DNA from: Scyliorhinus canicula | Taxonomy: Eukaryota | DNA: 64,000 bases | Direction of reading: 5' to 3' | Assembly (NCBI RefSeq): GCF_902713615.1 | Contig: NW_024055785.1 | Location: forward strand, 186,001 to 250,000 | Part shown: positions 22,396 to 34,103 of the stretch, one piece after another | Layout: every line of letters begins with the position of its first letter | How positions within the stretch are numbered: the stretch's first letter is position 1 | Position numbers and translations under genes: made by a program | Notes under the pieces: model-generated | Database searches by the model: none | Told to the model about the DNA's origin: nothing | Seen by the model: the letters and a program-made list of their open reading frames with translations, nothing else

Positions 22396-22520
22396 CATTC
22401 ACCTGAGGAAGGAGCTGCGCTCCGAAAGCTCATATTTGAAACAAACCTGTTGAACTTTAACGTAGTTTTGTAAGACGTCTTACTGTGCTCACCTCAGTCC
22501 AACGACCGTCATCTCCATAT
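22396..22520 (+). mobile_element. Penelope pLTR-type short element with a partly decayed hammerhead motif
   Basis: cac-CTGAGGA-a-ggagctgcgctcc-GAAAGCTC, but the stem I 3' strand is mutated to ata. Confidence 0.6.
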
Positions 22521-22984
22521 CACAATATGATAGAGTTTACCCTGCAGTTTGAGAGGGAGAAGCTGGAGTCAGATGTAACTTTTGCTGACATTACTTCACA
22601 GCATCAACTTCATTGTAAGTTCCAATCTGTCTGACCCTGGGCGCTGCCTGTGCTTTTCATGTTGAAAACATCTCTGTTCCACCCAATAAAAACAGACGCA
22701 CATTTCATAATCAGAGGGAAGTCTATGTTTTTGAGGTTGCTTTACAATTATTGTTAAAAGCGGCTGTGCCACGTGTTTGCTTTCTGGCCTCTCACTGGGG
22801 AAAGACAAGTTCTATTCCAGCTCTGCACAATAACTGACCTATCACACTGTCAATTATTCACAACTTCAATTGTGGAATACTGCATGAAGGATATTTACTT
22901 TATCCAGTATCTGATTTTATAATTTAGGATCAAATTTGTTTACTCAGCAAATTTATTAATCCGTATTGTGTTTTCCACATGATA

Positions 22985-23765
22985 CCCAGTTCCCCATATC
23001 TCCAAGCACACTCCCTCACACTCTATCTCTCCCTTCCATTCTCTCCATCTCTCACATATTCTCCCTCCTCACACTCTCTCACTCACACTTCTTCCCTCTC
23101 TCGCACCCTCCATCTATCACACTCCCTCCCTCTCTCGCACTCTCTACCTATCACACTCCCTCCCTCTCTCGCACTCTAACCTTCTTTCCCTCTCTCGCAC
23201 TCTCTCCCCCTTTCGCACTCTCTCTCTCTTGTGCTCTCTCCTTCTGACATGTTCTCGACCTCACTCAGCCTCTCTCGCACCCTCCATCTATCACACTCCC
23301 TCCCTCTCTCCCACTCTCACGCACTCACCCTCCCTCTGTCTCTCCCTGCATGCCTCGCTCCCTCACACACTCTTTCCCTCTCTCACACTCTTTCCCTCTC
23401 TCACACTTTTTCCCTCTCTCACACTCTTTACTTCTCTCCAACCTTCTCTCACATTCTTTCCCTCTCCCACTCCCTCAGTCACTCAGTCGCTCTCTTATGT
23501 CTGATATAATGTTAGTATTTTATACACCATCCTTCTCACACAATCTGCCTCCCTCACCCACTCACCCACTCACCCACTCGGCTCCATTCTCTGCTTCCCT
23601 TTCTATCAGACAATCTACCTCCTTCTCTCGTTTTATTCTTTATTTCTCCCACCCTCTTTCTCTCCCCTTCTATCTCCTCCCACCCTCTTTCTCTCTCACC
23701 CTGTCTTCTTGCAGCACATCACACAGACCAGTTCTCTCTTCCTCCACATCTCACCCCGCCTCTCT
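22985..23765. repeat. CT-rich low-complexity tract
   Basis: (ctctc/cactc)n; explains the Ser/Leu/His/Pro-rich spurious ORFs here. Confidence 0.9.
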
Positions 23766-23789
23766 CCCAGATTAAGTGAATGAAATTAA

Positions 23790-24141
23790 TTAAATTCGTT
23801 TATTGTCACAAGCAGGCTTCAGTGAAGTAACTGTGAAAAGCCACTACTCGCCACATTCCAGCGCCTGTTCAGGGAGTTTGGTTTGGGAATCGAACCGTGC
23901 TGCTCGCCTGTCTTGGTCTGCTTTAAAAGCCAGCGATTTAGCACTGTGTGCTAAACCAGCCCCTAATGAAAAGAAAATCGCTTATTGTCACAAGTAGGCT
24001 TCAATGAAGTTACTGTGAAAAGCCCCCAGTCGCCACATTCCGGCGCCTGTCCGGGGAGGCTGGTACGGGAATGGAACCGTGCTGGTGGCCTGCTTGGTCT
24101 GCTTTCAAAGACAGCAATTTAGCCCAGTGAGCTAAACCAGC
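23790..24141 (-). mobile_element. Two adjacent copies of the second SINE family
   Basis: Reverse-complement heads end at ~23964 and ~24141. Confidence 0.8.
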
Positions 24142-24411
24142 AGTCTGGCCAGTCTGTGTATCAGATGGTCGGCTGGTATCAGTTAGAGACGGGGTATTAG
24201 TTTTCACAGCTGTATATGTTTTAATGCTGCTCTCTGAGGTGTTGAGTTTGAATGTGCTGCAGCCTCTGAGTTTTCTGAGGTTCCAATGGTTCTAAAGATT
24301 TTCTTAGTTTGAGGGTCTGAATTAGATTTAAAACAGTTCCAGATTTTGGAGACATTGAAATTTGCTACTTAGGCTCAGACAGAACGTACTGACATCAAAT
24401 AAAGGAATGGT

Positions 24412-25020
24412 CTCAGATAGAGGCAGCTACATCCCAGAGGGCAGTGGAACCACCCAGAGAAACACACTGACAATTGCAACTGAATCACTGAATGGTCACA
24501 GATAGAGGCAGCTACACCCCAGAGTGCAGTGGACCCACCAAGAGAAACACGCTGACAATTGGAACTGAATCACTGAATGGTTACAGGTACAGAGGCAGCT
24601 ACATCCCAGAGTGCAGTGGACCCACCCAGAGAAACACACTGACAATTGGAACTGAATCACTGAATGGTCACAGTTACAGAGACAGCGACACCCCAGAGTG
24701 CAGTAGACCCACCCAGAGAAACACACTGACAATTGGAACTGAATCACTGAATGGTCACAGTTACAGAGACAGTTACACCCCAGAGTGCAGTGGACCCACC
24801 CAGAGAAACACACTGACAATTGCAACTGAATCACTGAATGGTCACAGATAAAGGCAGCTACACCCCAGAGTGCAGTGGAACCACCCAGAGAAACACACTG
24901 ACAATTGGAACTGAATAACTGAATGGTCAGAGTTACAGAGGCAGCTACATCCCAGAGTGCAGTGAAACGACCCAGAGAAACACACTGACAATTGGAACTG
25001 AATCACTGAATGGTCACAGT
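24412..25020. repeat. 87-bp tandem repeat, about 7 copies
   Basis: Unit gaaacacactgacaattggaactgaatcactgaatggtcacagttacagagacagcgacaccccagagtgcagtagacccacccaga; 29-aa periodicity in the ORF track. Confidence 0.9.
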
Positions 25021-25274
25021 GGTGTGAGGGTTATCACTGTAACAATCTGAGATCTAGAGATGGGACTGATGTTGTCTAAGTGGACAGTATCATTTCTGTT
25101 AATGTTAGCTGAACAATGTGATCAACACAGTTCAGCGTTTGGAAAGTGGTTACTCACTCAAAAGAGAATATTTTATTTCACTGAACACAATATCATAATC
25201 TGTTTGTTCATATATTTCTAATAATAACGTGTACGATTTCACAACCTCAATATCCCTGAGGTGGTTCCCCAGGG

Positions 25275-25280
25275 TATAAA
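25275..25280 (+). promoter_or_regulatory. Candidate TATA box of the GPCR gene
   Basis: TATAAA 92 bp upstream of the ATG at 25367. Confidence 0.45.
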
Positions 25281-25366
25281 TTAAATGCTTTGGGAACATA
25301 TAACCGCAGAGTTTCAGACACAGATACTGACACCAGCACGAAAGGACACATCACCTCACACTGAAA

Positions 25367-28300
25367 ATGCATGATCCAATTGATATTGCTGAGAAAATAT
25401 TCTACCCAATCGTTGCTATCGTTGGTGTTCCTGGTAAGTGAATATCACCATTGAACTTGTGTAAATCTGTGTGTGAGCGGCTCTCTGATTTGAAACTTTG
25501 AGTGAAAATGTTTAATCCTGATCTCGAGCTCACTGTTATACAGACACATGATCAACGATATAATTGTCAAATGTCTTTAAGCATGTCAATGGTTTCAATC
25601 CCTTCCATCAAATCACAATAAACCTCTGTTTGTTACTCACTGGATCTCTGACCGGTGAAGTTATGATATTGAGTGGCATCTTGTATAATGTTAGATTGGA
25701 CCTCAGTGAAGGCAATTTCTCTGAAGGGAGGTTTAGGAGGAGAAAGAATTAAAGCAGACTGCGTGTGGGTAACTAACCAGAGTGGAATATCTGACAGCTG
25801 TGAGGAAGTGTTACTGGAAGTATCTCAGTGTAGAATTGGAATGAGTGTGGGTCTCTCACCAGAGTGGAATACCTGACAGCGGTGAACAAGGATTACTGGA
25901 AGTATCTGACAGTGTAGAATTGTACTGAGTGTGGGTCTCTAACCAGAGTGGAATATCTGATCTAATTATCTCTCGATTACTGGGGCTATCTGTCCATGCG
26001 TAATTGTATTGTGTGTGGGTCAGTAACTGGACTGACATTAGTTAGTTCTATTTTGAAATGATGTATTTTATTGGTGAGTTGTTGCTTCATTCTGTGGAGT
26101 TCTCTATGTGAGTTTTAACTTTGGAATAGGTTGAAAAGAGGAAGAGTTTGAAAATGAAATGAAAATGAAAATCGTTTATTGTCACGAGTAGGCTTCAATG
26201 AAGTCACTGTGAAAAGCCCCTAGTCGCCACATCCCGGCGCCTGTCCGGAGAGGCTGGTACGGGAATCGAACCGTGCTGCTTGGCCTGCTTTAAAAGCCAG
26301 CGATTTAGCCCGGTGAGCTATACCAGCCCCCAGTGAGCTAAACCAGCCCCTAGTGAGCTAAACCAGCCCCTGTTTGGTTGGGTTTTGAAGGTGTTTGATA
26401 TTTATTGTATGAAGTGAAATGTCCCTATCTCTGTTTTCTATTGACCTACTCCAACAGGAACAAACATGATCCACACTTCAATATTTCATAAAACCCACAA
26501 CAGTGCAGTATTCCGACAGGTTTTGTGATATTTTCTCATTTCTATTCATTCTGAAATTAACTCACATGTTTGATCAATTGTTATGGATGTTTTTAAACTG
26601 TGTTTCTGCTTCACACGAATTGTGAATCTATTCACCTGAACCCAGAAACCCCTCCAGTCCATTCACACACTTGTTTTCCAAGGAGTGATTGAGGGACTTA
26701 TTGTTCTGATCAAAATGCAGCAGCAGACACTGATCTGCCGGGAAATTAATTTCCCGTTGAAATACCCACTTTGCAAATTCATAATTACTGATAATATGTT
26801 CTTGTAATTAGTTGTATTCTTCCTCTGTATTCACTGTCACTCTCAATTTGATTTTGTCTGTAAATTGTTCAATTATCGTTATGCTTCCCGATTCCATAAT
26901 GATGATGGGAATGGGGAAGGAGAGTGATCCCAATGCTGACCCTTGTGGAACACCACTTCCCACCTTCCACCAATCAGCCTAAATCCCTTTACCTCCTCTC
27001 CCTGTTTTGTGTGTGTGTCGCCAGCATGTGTCCATTCTGCTGCTGTGTCCCCTAACTCCACTGGCTCTGAGATTACCCATCAGTCTGTTATTCGGATCTT
27101 ACTGACGGCCTTTAGAAAGTAAAATTGTTTAACATCTATTATACTCATCAGATCTATTATTTCTGATAGTTATTACAATAATTGGATGAAATGTGTCAGG
27201 AATAATGTTGACTTTGGAATATGTGCCGACTATTTAGTAGACTCTGTGTTATTGGATTTCTTTAACTCAGACTTCTAATTCCCTTTTTCCAACTGTTGAC
27301 ATTGTGACTGGAAGATTTTATTATATTCTGTTGTAAATTCAAGAATAACAGAGACCGACTTCTGCTTTTCAATTCTTTGGTAATTATTCTGATGGTGATC
27401 AGTGAGTAGATAATATTGTCTCTGCTGTTTCTCACTGTCTATTTTATGAATATTTGTTGCTGAAATCCATCTGCCTCCAGTCACCTCCCTCTACCTGGAC
27501 CCCACCCTCTGGCTTCCTATCAGCTCTTGATCTTTTCATTAAGATCTGTCAGTGCAACATCGACCGTCTCAATTTCTCTGTGAAATGAAAAATGAAATGA
27601 AAATCGCTTATTGTCACAAGTAGGCTTCAATGAAGTTACTGTGAAAAGCCCCTAGTCGCCACATTCCGGCGCCTGTCCGGGGAGGCTGGTACGGCTGGTG
27701 CCTCTCACCAACTCTATCCTGACTCACTCGAAACTTGCTCCAAACCTCTCTCTAATATCCAACCCGGACCTGGTGATCTGAGCTGCCCACAAGGGTGGTG
27801 CCATTATTGTCTGGTGTACTGACTTCCTCCTCACAGAGACTGACCGTCAACTCTCAGGCCCATCCTGCTACCTCCTCCTAGACCAGCACCACACCACCAA
27901 ACATCATGATATTGTTCCCAGGATACTCACTGACCTCATTGGCTCTGGATATCCTCTGTTCACAGCCTCGGACATCATCGTCCCACAACCCCACACATCC
28001 TGCATCAACCTCCTGCTTCTACCTCCTTCCCAAAATCCACAAACAGGAAAGTCCCAGTAGACCCATTATTCCGGCCTGTTTCATCCCAGCAAGATCATTT
28101 CTTCCTATCTTGATTTCATCCGCTTTACCTTATTCTGCCCCTTCCTAAAGACATTGGCGGAACAGTGACACAGTGGTTTGCACTGCTGCCTCACAGCACC
28201 AGGGTCCCCAGATCAATTCCCACCTTGTGTCACTGTCTGTGTGGAGACTGCAGTTATCCCCATGTCTCCGTGGGTTTCCTCCGGGTGCTCTGGTTTCCTC

Positions 28301-31300
28301 CCACAGTCCAAAGATGTGCAGGTTAGGTGGACTGGCCATGATAAATTAATCCGTAGTGTCCAAAAAATGTGTAAATTCGATTAAGGGGTTAATTAGATAG
28401 GCGGGGGTGTGAGCTTGGTTGAGGTACTCTTTTAGAGGTTTGGTACAGACTTAATGGGCCGAATGACCTCCTTTTGCACTGTGGGAAGTCTATGATTCCT
28501 GATTCCTCTGGTGCCGTATGTCATATAAGGAAGGTCCATTTTCCTGGCCCCAACCGCCTAATCTTCACAATGGATGCCCAATTCCTCTGCAGGTCCGTTC
28601 CCCAACAGGAGGGTTATGTACAGATCCTCATATCCTGCTTCCTGTAAAGACTGCATCTGATTCTCCCACTTTCTCCGCCTCCATCGCTTCTGTTCTGATG
28701 ATGACGTGTTCGAAAATAGCCTGTCTGGCATGTCTGTCTTTTCCTTAACCGGGGCTGTCCCCACCACCTTCCTTTTGTTAACAGGGCTCTCAATCGTGTT
28801 CAATTCATTTCTCACACCTCTGTCCTCACACATCCCCCTCCCTCCCGGAAAGATGATAATGTCTCCCTATTCTCAATTTCCACACCATCAGCCTCCACAT
28901 TGAAAGGAAATTCCTCCACCATTTCTGTCAACTCCAGCATAATGTCACCACCAAACACATCTTCACCTCTCTCCAACCACCCCCTCAATGTCTGCATTCC
29001 TCAGGTACCGCTCCCTCCTCGACACCTTTATCCACTTCCCCATCACACCCCACACCCCTTTCCCTTCCCCGGCACCTTCCCCAGCAATCACAGACGGTGC
29101 AACAACTGTCCTTTTACCTCCTCCAGGCTCATGGAACTCGGCAGCAAACTCTCCTTTCTGGAGAAGCAGCGTTTCACTTCTGTTCCTTCAGTTTGGTCTA
29201 CTGTATTTGCTGCCAATACCGTCTCCTCTACATTGGGGAGACTAAACACAGAATGGGAGACTGCTTTGTGGAACACCTTCTCTCAACCCACAGCATGGCC
29301 CCAGCCTTCCTGTTGTGAGCATTGTAACTCAGCACCTTGCTCTCACCCCACATGTCTGTCCTTGGCCTGCGGCAAGAATGCAGTGAAGTCCAATGTAAGC
29401 TGGAGGAGTAACATCTCATCTTCCAATTAGGATGTTATATCCCGCAGGAAGTAACTTCAATTTCAACAACTTTAGACTGGGAACTTTCTCCTCCATCTTA
29501 ACGCCCTTGTTTTCGAACTTCCCTACTTTTTTGTCAAATGCAATGAGTCCGAATCTGGAGAGAGTCTATTCCGGCCAAGTGAACGCTGGGGAATGTCCAA
29601 TGCCTGGGCGGGAACGTTCCTGAGAAAAGCTTGGCAGGGATTCTTTTTGAACAGGGTGAGGATGGATTCCTGGGAACAGTGATGTTGGGGTGTTCGAGAC
29701 ATGGCAATGGGGGTTTCCTAGGATCGGATGCTTTGCGAATGAGTAAACCTGGTAGGGGTGTGCCCTCGGAATGTTCTGGGGACTGGACAGACTCTATTCT
29801 GGACAGGTTGGGCTACACGGTACAGTTGATTCACAGATGCAGGGTCCCAGGTTCGATTCCTGGCTTGGGTCATTGTCTGTGCGGAGTCTTCACATCCTTC
29901 CCGTGTCTGCGTGGGTTTCCTCCGGTGCTACAGTTTCCTCCCACAGTTCAACGGTGCGCTGTTGGATGGATTGGCCGATAAATTGTGTTTAGTTTCCAAA
30001 CAATTTAGATGGGGTCACTGGGTTATGGGGATGGGGTGGTCTTAACTGGTGTTTACTTTCCAAGGGCCGGTGCAGACTCGATGGGCTGAATGGCCTCCTT
30101 TTGCACCATACATTCTATACTTCTATTCCTCCCATGATTATGAAGTGGGAAGGTCCTGCGTTTGTTTTATTTTTCCATTGATCGTGGAGGATTCAAATAA
30201 ACCAGGAATGGGGTCCAACCCCATCAGAAACAAAGTCCAGGGAACGGTCCAATCCGGGGTGTGGTCCAATAATTGAGCATGGATGACAATCTCTGGTATG
30301 TTTGTATCCATTTTGGGACACCTGGCCGGCCGGAGTGAATCCTGTAAATGAGACTGAATGAGAAATGTAACCTCTCCCAAAGGTATCTGAATTATAAACA
30401 TTTTCCTACCACTGCGATCAAACTGACAGTGCTGCAATCCACACTTTTTCCCGTATTCCCCATCTTTAACACAGGTGTTACATTTGCTACTTCCCTCTCT
30501 GCAATGTTAATCTCTGTGCCCATTCCTCTCGCAACAACCCCACCCACTGTCCATTATATTGATGCTGAGATTATGTTCAGACAGGGAGATTGACTATCCC
30601 GTAATTTCCCACGTCTCTCTTTTCTCTCTCTGACAGTTAATTTACTGGGAATTGTGATTCTGAGTCGGGGGAAGTGTGGCCTCTCTACCTGCACCACTCG
30701 CTACCTGGTGGCCATGGCAACGGCGGATCTGCTGTATATTATCACAAAAGCCATACTGAACAGGATGAATGTTTATTATTACCCCTGGAGTTTCCTGTCC
30801 CTCTCCCCTGTGTGCCGTGTTGAATCTGTCCTGATGGCTGCAGCCAAGGACTGTTCTGTCTGGTTCACCCTCACTTTCTCCTTTGATCGATTTGTGGCCA
30901 TTCGCTGCCAGAAACTGAAAACTAAATATTGTACCGGGAAAACTGTGGTTGTGGTTCTGTCCACAAGCGGCCTCCTGCTCTGTGTGAAAAACATCCCCCT
31001 GTACTTTATATATGAATCTGTGAAGATAAACGACAATGTCCAGTGGGGCTGTCAGGCAAAGAGCAGCAGTTGGACTGACCCGGGATGGGTTGGATATTCC
31101 TGGTTTGATCAGGTGTTAACCCCATTGATCCCGTTCTTCTCAATCCTGTTGACCAACGCCCTGACAGTCAGACACATTTTACTCACCAGTCGGGTCCGGA
31201 AGACACTGAGGGCTCAGGGTCAGGGAAACAATCGCACAGACCCAGAGATGGAGAGCAGAAGGAAGTCAATTATTTTACTCTTCAGCATCTCCGGAGCTTT

Positions 31301-31538
31301 CATTCTCCTCTGGACCGTGTCTGTTATTAAATTCTTCTATCTGGATTTGTCAGATGTTGATTACCTCACCCTTCCTGAATATAATTTACAACAAGTCGGA
31401 TTTATGCTGCGGGACGTAAATTGCTGCACAAACACATTTATTTATGTGGTGACTCAGTCCAGGTTCAGGGAGCAGATCAAGATCGCGGTGAAATATCCGG
31501 TTACATCAATTATTAAATTAATGAGTAAATCAACCTGA
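25367..31538 (+). CDS. Class A orphan GPCR, GPR139/GPR142-like; exons 25367-25433 and 30637-31538, 322 aa
   Basis: Exon 1 MHDPIDIAEKIFYPIVAIVGVP-G|GTAAGT joins in phase to polypyrimidine-cag|TT, giving GVPVNLLGIVILSRGKCGLS. Seven hydrophobic segments, LVAMATADL (TM2), SFDRFVAI (DRY variant), NCCTNTFIY (TM7). No stops. Confidence 0.88.
26155..26330 (-). mobile_element. Second SINE family copy in the GPCR intron
   Basis: (gaaat)n tail plus the reverse-complement head. Confidence 0.8.
27700..29480 (+). mobile_element. Degenerate Penelope-like element (RT fragment plus GIY-YIG), with a SINE inserted at ~28155-28490
   Basis: FYLLPKIHKQESPSRPII (PLE RT motif), FSHFLRLHRFCSDDDVF, and SLVYCICCQYRLLYIGETKHRMGDCFVEHL. 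Confidence 0.8.
29800..30125 (+). mobile_element. Older V-SINE-like copy
   Basis: B box ggttcgattcc and a degenerate V-domain. Confidence 0.75.
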
Positions 31539-31785
31539 CTGACAGCCTCTCAGCCAATCAGCAGATCCAGCTACTGACTGACAGCCTCTCAGCAGCTCCA
31601 GCCTCTGACCGTAAACCTCTCAGCCAATCAGCAGCTCCAGCCGCTGACTAACAGCCTCTCAGCCAATCAGCAGCTCGAGCCGCTGACGGACAGCCTCTCA
31701 GCCAATCAGCAGCTCCAGCCGCTGACTGACAGCCTCTCAGCCAATCAGCAGCTCCACCCGCTGATTGACAGTCACTCAGCCAATC
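31539..31785. repeat. 39-bp tandem repeat containing CCAAT, about 6 copies, directly after the GPCR stop
   Basis: Unit cagcctctcagccaatcagcagctccagccgctgactga. Confidence 0.9.
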
Positions 31786-31789
31786 AGCT

Positions 31790-32795
31790 GTGGGTAGAAC
31801 ATTGGAAGTGCTGTCTGCGGGTGGAGCACTGGCAGTGCTGGCTGTGGGAGGGCACTGGCAGTGCTGGCTGTGGGGGGTGCAATGTCAGTGCTGACTGTGT
31901 TGGGGAGCACTGGCAGTGCTGGCTGTGTGGGGGAGCAGTGGCAGTGCTGGCTGTGTGGGGGAGCACTGGCAGTGCTGGCTGTGGGGGAGCACTGGCAGTG
32001 CTGGCTGTGGGGGAGGGGTTACTGACAGTGCTGGCTGTGGCAGGGCACTGGAAGTGCTGACTGCGAGGGGAGCACTGGCAGTGTTGGCTGTGGGAGGAGC
32101 ACTGGCAGTGCTGGCCGTGGGAGGAGTGCTGGCTGTGGGGGAGCACTGGCAATGCTGGCTGTGGGGGGAGCACTGGCAGTGCTGAATGGGGGCGGCACTG
32201 GCAGTGCAGGCTGTGGGGGAGCACTGGCAGTGCCGGCTGTGGGAGAGCACTAGCAGTGCTGAATGGGGGTGGCACTGGCAGTGCTGGCTGTGGGGGAGCA
32301 CTGGCAGTGCCGGCTGTGGGGGAGCACTGGCAGTGTTGGCTGTGGCAGGGCACTGGCAGTGCTGACTGCGAGGGGAGCACTGGCAGTGTTGGCTGTGGGA
32401 GGAGCACTGGCAGTGCTGGCGGTGGGAGGAGTGCTGGCTGTGGGGGAGCACTGGCAATGCTGGCTGTGGGGGGAGCACTGGCAGTGCTGAATGGGGGTGG
32501 CACTGGCAGTGCAGGCTGTGGGGGAGCACTGGCAGTGCCGGCTGTGGGGGAGCACTAGCAGTGCTGAATGGGGGTGGCACTGGCAGTGCAGGCTGTGGGG
32601 GAGCATTGGCAGTGCCGGCTGTGGGTGGGAAGACTGGCAATGCTGAATGGGGGTGGCACTGGCAGTGCAGGCTGTGGGGGTGCACTGGCAGTGCCAGCTG
32701 TGGGGGAGCACTGGCAGTGCCGGCTGTGGGTGGGAGCACTGGCAGTGCTGGCTGTGGGAGGGGGGGGGGGCTCTTGCAGTGCAGGCTGTGGGGGG
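31790..32795. repeat. G-rich minisatellite, ~26-bp unit ggggagcactggcagtgctggctgtg
   Basis: About 1 kb of tandem copies with an internal gcactg-g-cagtgc hairpin. Confidence 0.9.
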
Positions 32796-32896
32796 AGAAA
32801 CATCTGGTGTTTCCAGTTTAGTCTGTCGCTAAATATTACCTCAATCTCGTAACTGGTCTTCATCATCGAGGAATAGCAAAAGCCAACAACTGCTGT

Positions 32897-32968
32897 GGGC
32901 CAGTGGCGCAATGGATACGCGTCTGATTGCAAATCAGGAAATTCAAGGTTCGACCCCTGGCTGGCTCG
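32897..32968 (+). pseudogene. tRNA-Arg(ACG)-bodied copy with a GCA anticodon
   Basis: Arm TCTGA TT GCA AA TCAGG; Arg acceptor stem and G73 retained; one T-stem mismatch; one D-loop base lost. Confidence 0.7.
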
Positions 32969-33841
32969 CAGTTCCTAGTTTTGGCGTCCCCTTTAGTTCA
33001 GTGGGTTCGGTGCCTATTCGGAGGATGGGGTGCTGTTCCTAGGCGTTGTGCTGAGCTACACGGGAACATTGCAGCAAGCCGAGATCGGACATGTGGACAT
33101 GAGAGCAGGACAGTGAGTTCAAATAGCAAGCGACAGGAGAGTCTGCCGCCAGCTTGTCGATGGAGCGAAGGTGTTTTGCTAAGCGGTCACCCAGTCGGCA
33201 TTTAGTCTCTGCAATGCAGAGCAGATGGCATTGGGATCAGCAAATGCAACAGGCCAGATTGAAGGCTGTCTGAAAGTAATGTGTACTCAAAAGGACAGAC
33301 ACAAACGATACTGTAACTGACTTAGAGGAAATGCCAGAGACTTAACTGAACCAGCTTTGGGAAAGAAAAAACGGTTTTCGTGGAGGAGAATCAGGAAAAG
33401 CCAGTGTGGGAATCCAGGCTCAATGTTGATTTAGAATTACCCCTCCTTTCTTATACATGAACAGTATTTAGGCTGCAGCATTTTACACACCAAAACACAA
33501 AGTGGTCAAATATAAGAAACACATAATTGTCAATTCATAAACTCAACTCAAGCATTGAATAACGAAACAAATATTGTGTAAAGTCGGTTGCTTTTTTCTG
33601 TAGGATTTCAGAATGCTGCATTAATAATAGAATAGAGCATTTCGTCGTTAGAGATTTGCTGAACAAATTCTTCAGTTCAATATAGGTTCTTCTACTGGCT
33701 TGTAAGTTTAGACATCTGTTTTAAAGAAATAGACGTGTTCTTGTGAGAAGTGACATGGCCTCTCAGCCGAACCATGCAAAGCTGCAACAAGGCAGTTGAG
33801 TTGAAGGAGACACAGGTCCGTTGGAGTGTGCGCTGCCAGCT

Positions 33842-33936
33842 GTTTCTGTAGTGTAGTGGTTATCACATTTACAATGTGGAGTTTGCACATTCGCTTGACA
33901 CGCGGATGGTCCCCGGTTCGAAACCGGGCAGAGACA
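33842..33936 (+). pseudogene. tRNA-Val (GAC anticodon) with a 22-nt SINE-derived insert in the anticodon stem
   Basis: ...TATCACATT TACAATGTGGAGTTTGCACATT CGCTTGACACGCGG... Confidence 0.75.
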
Positions 33937-34030
33937 TCTGGTGTTTTCAGTTTAGTCTGTTGCTAAATATTACCTCAATCTCGCAACTGGTCTTCATCAT
34001 CGAGGAATAGCAAAAGCCAATAACTGCTGT

Positions 34031-34103
34031 GGGCCAGTGGCGCAATGGATAACGCGTCTAACTACAAACCAGGAGATTCCAGGTTCGACTCCTGGCTTGC
34101 TCG
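34031..34103 (+). pseudogene. tRNA-Arg(ACG)-bodied copy with an ACA anticodon and disrupted anticodon stem
   Basis: TCTAA CT ACA AA CCAGG. Confidence 0.7.

Noticed and set aside
22966-23775. Several long Ser/Leu/Pro/His-rich ORFs
   Set aside because: They are artefacts of the CT-rich low-complexity tract.
24492-24851. ORFs with 29-aa repeats (and 26-aa repeats at 56795-57264)
   Set aside because: Unit lengths of 87 and 78 bp are multiples of three; there is no splice or coding context.
31784-32932. ORFs of 239 and 284 aa on the minus strand and many overlapping ones
   Set aside because: They are translations of a stop-poor minisatellite and are open in several frames.
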